Positions 61,350-64,000 of a DNA stretch of 64,000 nt are shown piece by piece. Source of the DNA: Halobacteriales archaeon SW_5_70_135. GTDB taxonomy: Archaea; Halobacteriota; Halobacteria; Halobacteriales; SW-7-71-33. The position numbers were made by a program, and so were the translations under genes. The stretch's first letter is position 1. Each line of letters starts with the position of its first letter. The stretch lies in NCBI GenBank assembly GCA_003022865.1, contig PXSK01000021.1, positions 12,228 through 76,227 on the forward strand, read 5' to 3'. A model generated the notes under the pieces. It worked only from the letters and a program-made list of their open reading frames with translations, was not told the origin of the DNA and did no database searches.

Positions 61350-62344
61350 CCGTCGACCGGATCGTCCGCGGCGTCGAGATCACCCCGGAACACCCGCTGG
61401 AGCGGGTGGTCGGGATCGCCGAGGCGGCCGAGCGGGCGGGCTTCGGGGCGGCGCTGGTGAGCTGTCACTACTTCAACCGCGACCCGTTCGTGGCCGCCGA
61501 CCGGATCGGGCGGGCCACCGACCTCCACGTGGGGCCGTCGGCCGCGAACCCGTACGACGCACACCCCGTCTCGCTCGCGGCCCGGACCGCCACGCTCCAG
61601 GAGGCGACCGACGGCCGGGCGGTGATGGGGCTGGCGCCGGGCGACCGCTCGACGCTGTCGGCGCTGGGTGTCGACCGCGACCGCCCGCTGCGACGTACCC
61701 TGGAGACGATGCGGGTCGCCCGCCGGCTCTGGGACGGCGAGCGAGTCAGCCACGACGGCACCTTCGAGGCCGCCGACGCCGGTCTAGAGTTCGCCGTCGA
61801 CTCGCCGCCGGTGTACGTCGGCGCTCAGGGACCGGACATGCTGCGCATGAGCGGCAAGCACGCCGACGGCGTGCTGATAAACGCCTCACACCCCCGCGAC
61901 GTCGCCTGGTCGGCCGACCGCATCGCGGAGGGCCGTGCCGACCGTTCCGACCGTCGGGGCGCGTTCGACAGCGTGGCCTACGCCAGCGTCTCCGTCGCCG
62001 AGGACCGCCAGGCGGCACGGGAGGCCGCCCGACCGCCGGTGGCGTTCATCGTCGGCGGCGCCGTTCCCCCGGTGCTCGACAGACACGACGTCGACCGGGG
62101 CGCCGCCGAGACCGTCTCCGAGCACCTGGAGAGCGGCGACCTGCGGGCGGCCTTCGACACGGTGACGCCGCGGATGATAGACGCCTTCTGTGCGGCGGGG
62201 ACGGCCGCGGACCTGGAGGAGCGGTTCGACGCGCTGCTCGAGCACGTCGACGGGATCGTCGCCGGGTCGCCGCTCGGGCCCGAGCCGGAGACGGCGGTCA
62301 GTCTGGCCGGTCGGGCCGTTCGAGCAGTCGCAGGAAGTAGCTGA
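61346..62344 (+). CDS. mer: F420-dependent methylenetetrahydromethanopterin reductase-like (LLM) protein
   Basis: HYFNRDPF, ANPY..HP, VYVGAQGP.ML, DGVLINASHP; ATGA overlap with cofE. Confidence 0.88.
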   Translation: MTVDRIVRGVEITPEHPLERVVGIAEAAERAGFGAALVSCHYFNRDPFVAADRIGRATDLHVGPSAANPYDAHPVSLAARTATLQEATDGRAVMGLAPGDRSTLSALGVDRDRPLRRTLETMRVARRLWDGERVSHDGTFEAADAGLEFAVDSPPVYVGAQGPDMLRMSGKHADGVLINASHPRDVAWSADRIAEGRADRSDRRGAFDSVAYASVSVAEDRQAAREAARPPVAFIVGGAVPPVLDRHDVDRGAAETVSEHLESGDLRAAFDTVTPRMIDAFCAAGTAADLEERFDALLEHVDGIVAGSPLGPEPETAVSLAGRAVRAVAGSS

Positions 62345-62438
62345 CCAGGCCGCCGGCGGACAGTCCCCCGAAGACCGCCACCGCCACGGCCGTCAGCAGC
62401 CCCCCCAGTGCCACCAGGACGGCCGACAGCGGGTCCGC
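62341..62438 (-). pseudogene. Remnant of a small membrane-protein gene
   Basis: Startless frame ADPLSAVLVALGGLLTAVAVAVFGGLSAGGLV preceded by TAA. Confidence 0.4.
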
Positions 62439-62501
62439 TTAGCTCTGTCCGATGTCGGCACGGCGGTGTTCAGATAAGCGCCAGCCGAACCAACGAACGG
62501 G

Positions 62502-62617
62502 TGGGACTGAAAGGGGCCGGTCGCTGCGGGAAGCCCGGCGACGAAAGCACCGCAAGCCGACCGAAGGGAGGCTGAGGAGCACAGCGAGACGCGCGACCGC
62601 AGCGGCCGGGGGCTTTC
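62502..62617. repeat. Long palindromic intergenic element (REP/MITE-like or structured RNA)
   Basis: GGGACTGAAAGGGGCCGGTCGCTGCGG ... CCGCAGCGGCCGGGGGCTTTC, near-perfect stem with structured interior. Confidence 0.75.
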
Positions 62618-62716
62618 TACACCTGATTGACAACGGCGGCTGCTGTGCATCCGTATCTGAACACTACTGTTCGCACGGTCCGAACGGTTTAGTGTGGGCC
62701 AGCCCTCCCGGAGCGC

Positions 62717-64000
62717 ATGACTGCGCCGGACGGCGCCGACGGGACCGGGGAGACGCGGGACCCGCTCGCGGACGAGCGAGCCGACTACGACTACCGGGGC
62801 GGAACGGACCCCGCCGTTCCGGGCGACCTCGCGGCGGCCGTCGACGCACGGATCGACGGCGACGTGCGCTTCGACCGCTACTCGCAGTCGCTGTACGCCA
62901 CCGACGCCTCCGCCTACGAGGTCGAACCGGTCGGGGTCGTCCTCCCGGCGTCGACGGCCGACGTCGCGGCCGTCGTCGAGACCTGTGCCGAGCGGGGGGT
63001 GGCCGTCCTCCCGCGAGGCGGCGGCACCAGCCTCGCCGGCCAGGCCGTCAACGAGGCGGTCGTCCTCGACTTCACGCGACACATGGACGAGGTGGTCGCG
63101 GTCGACTCCGAGACACGGAGGGCGACGGCACAGCCGGGCGCGACCTTGGGCGAGCTGAACGCCGACTGCGCCGAACACGGCCTGAAGTTCGCGCCCGACC
63201 CGGCGTGGGGCGACAAGTCCACGCTCGGCGGGGCGATCGGCAACAACTCTACCGGCGCACACTCCTTGCAGTACGGCAAGACCGACGCCTACCTCCGCTC
63301 CTGCGAGGTCGTCCTCGCCGACGGCACCGTCACCCGCCTCGGGGAGACGCCGCTGTCGACGGTCCGCGAGCGGGCCGACCCTGACGGCGACGCGCTGGCG
63401 CGCGTCTACGCCGCCGTCGCCGAGATCGTCGACGACGCCGGGGCGGTCCGGGACGCCTACCCGGACCTCAAGCGCAACGTCTCGGGCTACAACCTGGACG
63501 TACTCGTCGAGCAGGCGACCGGCGGCGACCCATTCCCCGGCGTCGACGCCGCGGGGGCCGACGGAGCCGGGACGGACACGGACACGGACGCGGGAGAGCC
63601 GGCGGTCGACCTCGCCCGACTGCTCGCGGGCAGCGAGGGGACACTGGCGGTCGTCACGGAGGCCACCGTCGCGCTCGAACCGGTGCCGGAGACGAAGGCC
63701 GTCGCCCTGCTGTCGTACGACGACCTGGTCGCGGCAATGGAGGACCTGACGGCGATCCTCGCACACGACCCTGTCGCCCTGGAGGTGATGGACGACGTGT
63801 TGCTCGACCTGGCGCGAGACGTCCGCGAGTTCGCCGACCTCGTCGAGACGCTGCCGGCGGGCACCGACAGCGTCCTGCTCGTGGAGTTCTACGCCGACTC
63901 CGAGGCGGCGGGCCGGGAGAAGGTCCGTCGACTGCTCGCGGACCGGTGTCCGGCGGCGTTCGGGGCCGAGGACAGCGACGGCGACGCCCGCGGGCCGGAG
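62717..64000 (+). CDS. FAD-linked oxidase (GlcD/D-lactate dehydrogenase-like), partial; runs off the window
   Basis: LYATDAS.Y, PRGGGTSLAGQ, STLGGAIGNNSTG, RNVSGYNL, LAGSEGTLAVV. Confidence 0.9.
   Translation, partial: MTAPDGADGTGETRDPLADERADYDYRGGTDPAVPGDLAAAVDARIDGDVRFDRYSQSLYATDASAYEVEPVGVVLPASTADVAAVVETCAERGVAVLPRGGGTSLAGQAVNEAVVLDFTRHMDEVVAVDSETRRATAQPGATLGELNADCAEHGLKFAPDPAWGDKSTLGGAIGNNSTGAHSLQYGKTDAYLRSCEVVLADGTVTRLGETPLSTVRERADPDGDALARVYAAVAEIVDDAGAVRDAYPDLKRNVSGYNLDVLVEQATGGDPFPGVDAAGADGAGTDTDTDAGEPAVDLARLLAGSEGTLAVVTEATVALEPVPETKAVALLSYDDLVAAMEDLTAILAHDPVALEVMDDVLLDLARDVREFADLVETLPAGTDSVLLVEFYADSEAAGREKVRRLLADRCPAAFGAEDSDGDARGPE

Noticed and set aside
60375-62344. cofE-mer as evidence of methanogenesis
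   Set aside because: F420 biosynthesis and Mer-like LLM genes are common in aerobic haloarchaea; no methanogenesis genes are present in the window

Overview
Very GC-rich haloarchaeal (Halobacteria) chromosomal segment, inferred from the acidic proteins, archaeal Spt5/SecE/S6e/MAT, Tat lipoproteins and leaderless TATA promoters. It is mostly core or housekeeping genes: pilB-pilC, phosphomutase-cdd, sdhA, HtrA, S6e, beta-CASP RNase, Lhr, secE-spt5, ArsA/Get3, EndoV, rhomboid, PolX, FKBP, CYTH, MAT, CysK, EngB, cofE-mer and tRNA-Lys(UUU). The main accessory signals are: (i) one tnpB-only IS200/IS605 (IS1341-type) element with intact RuvC motifs that appears to sit between the TATA box and upstream element of the sdhA promoter; (ii) a GAAAGGGGCCGG...CCGGGGGCTTTC hairpin element in a long and an internally deleted copy; (iii) many decayed genes (HAD, ndh, udp, beta-propeller, GNAT, Tat lipoprotein); (iv) a probable ~17-kb inversion separating cdd from udp; and (v) a His/Asp-repeat N-terminal extension on the FKBP chaperone. 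I found no CRISPR array, rRNA, provirus or defence island, and no multi-gene novel system that I can support. Family and DUF names are recalled from motif recognition, not from database searches.
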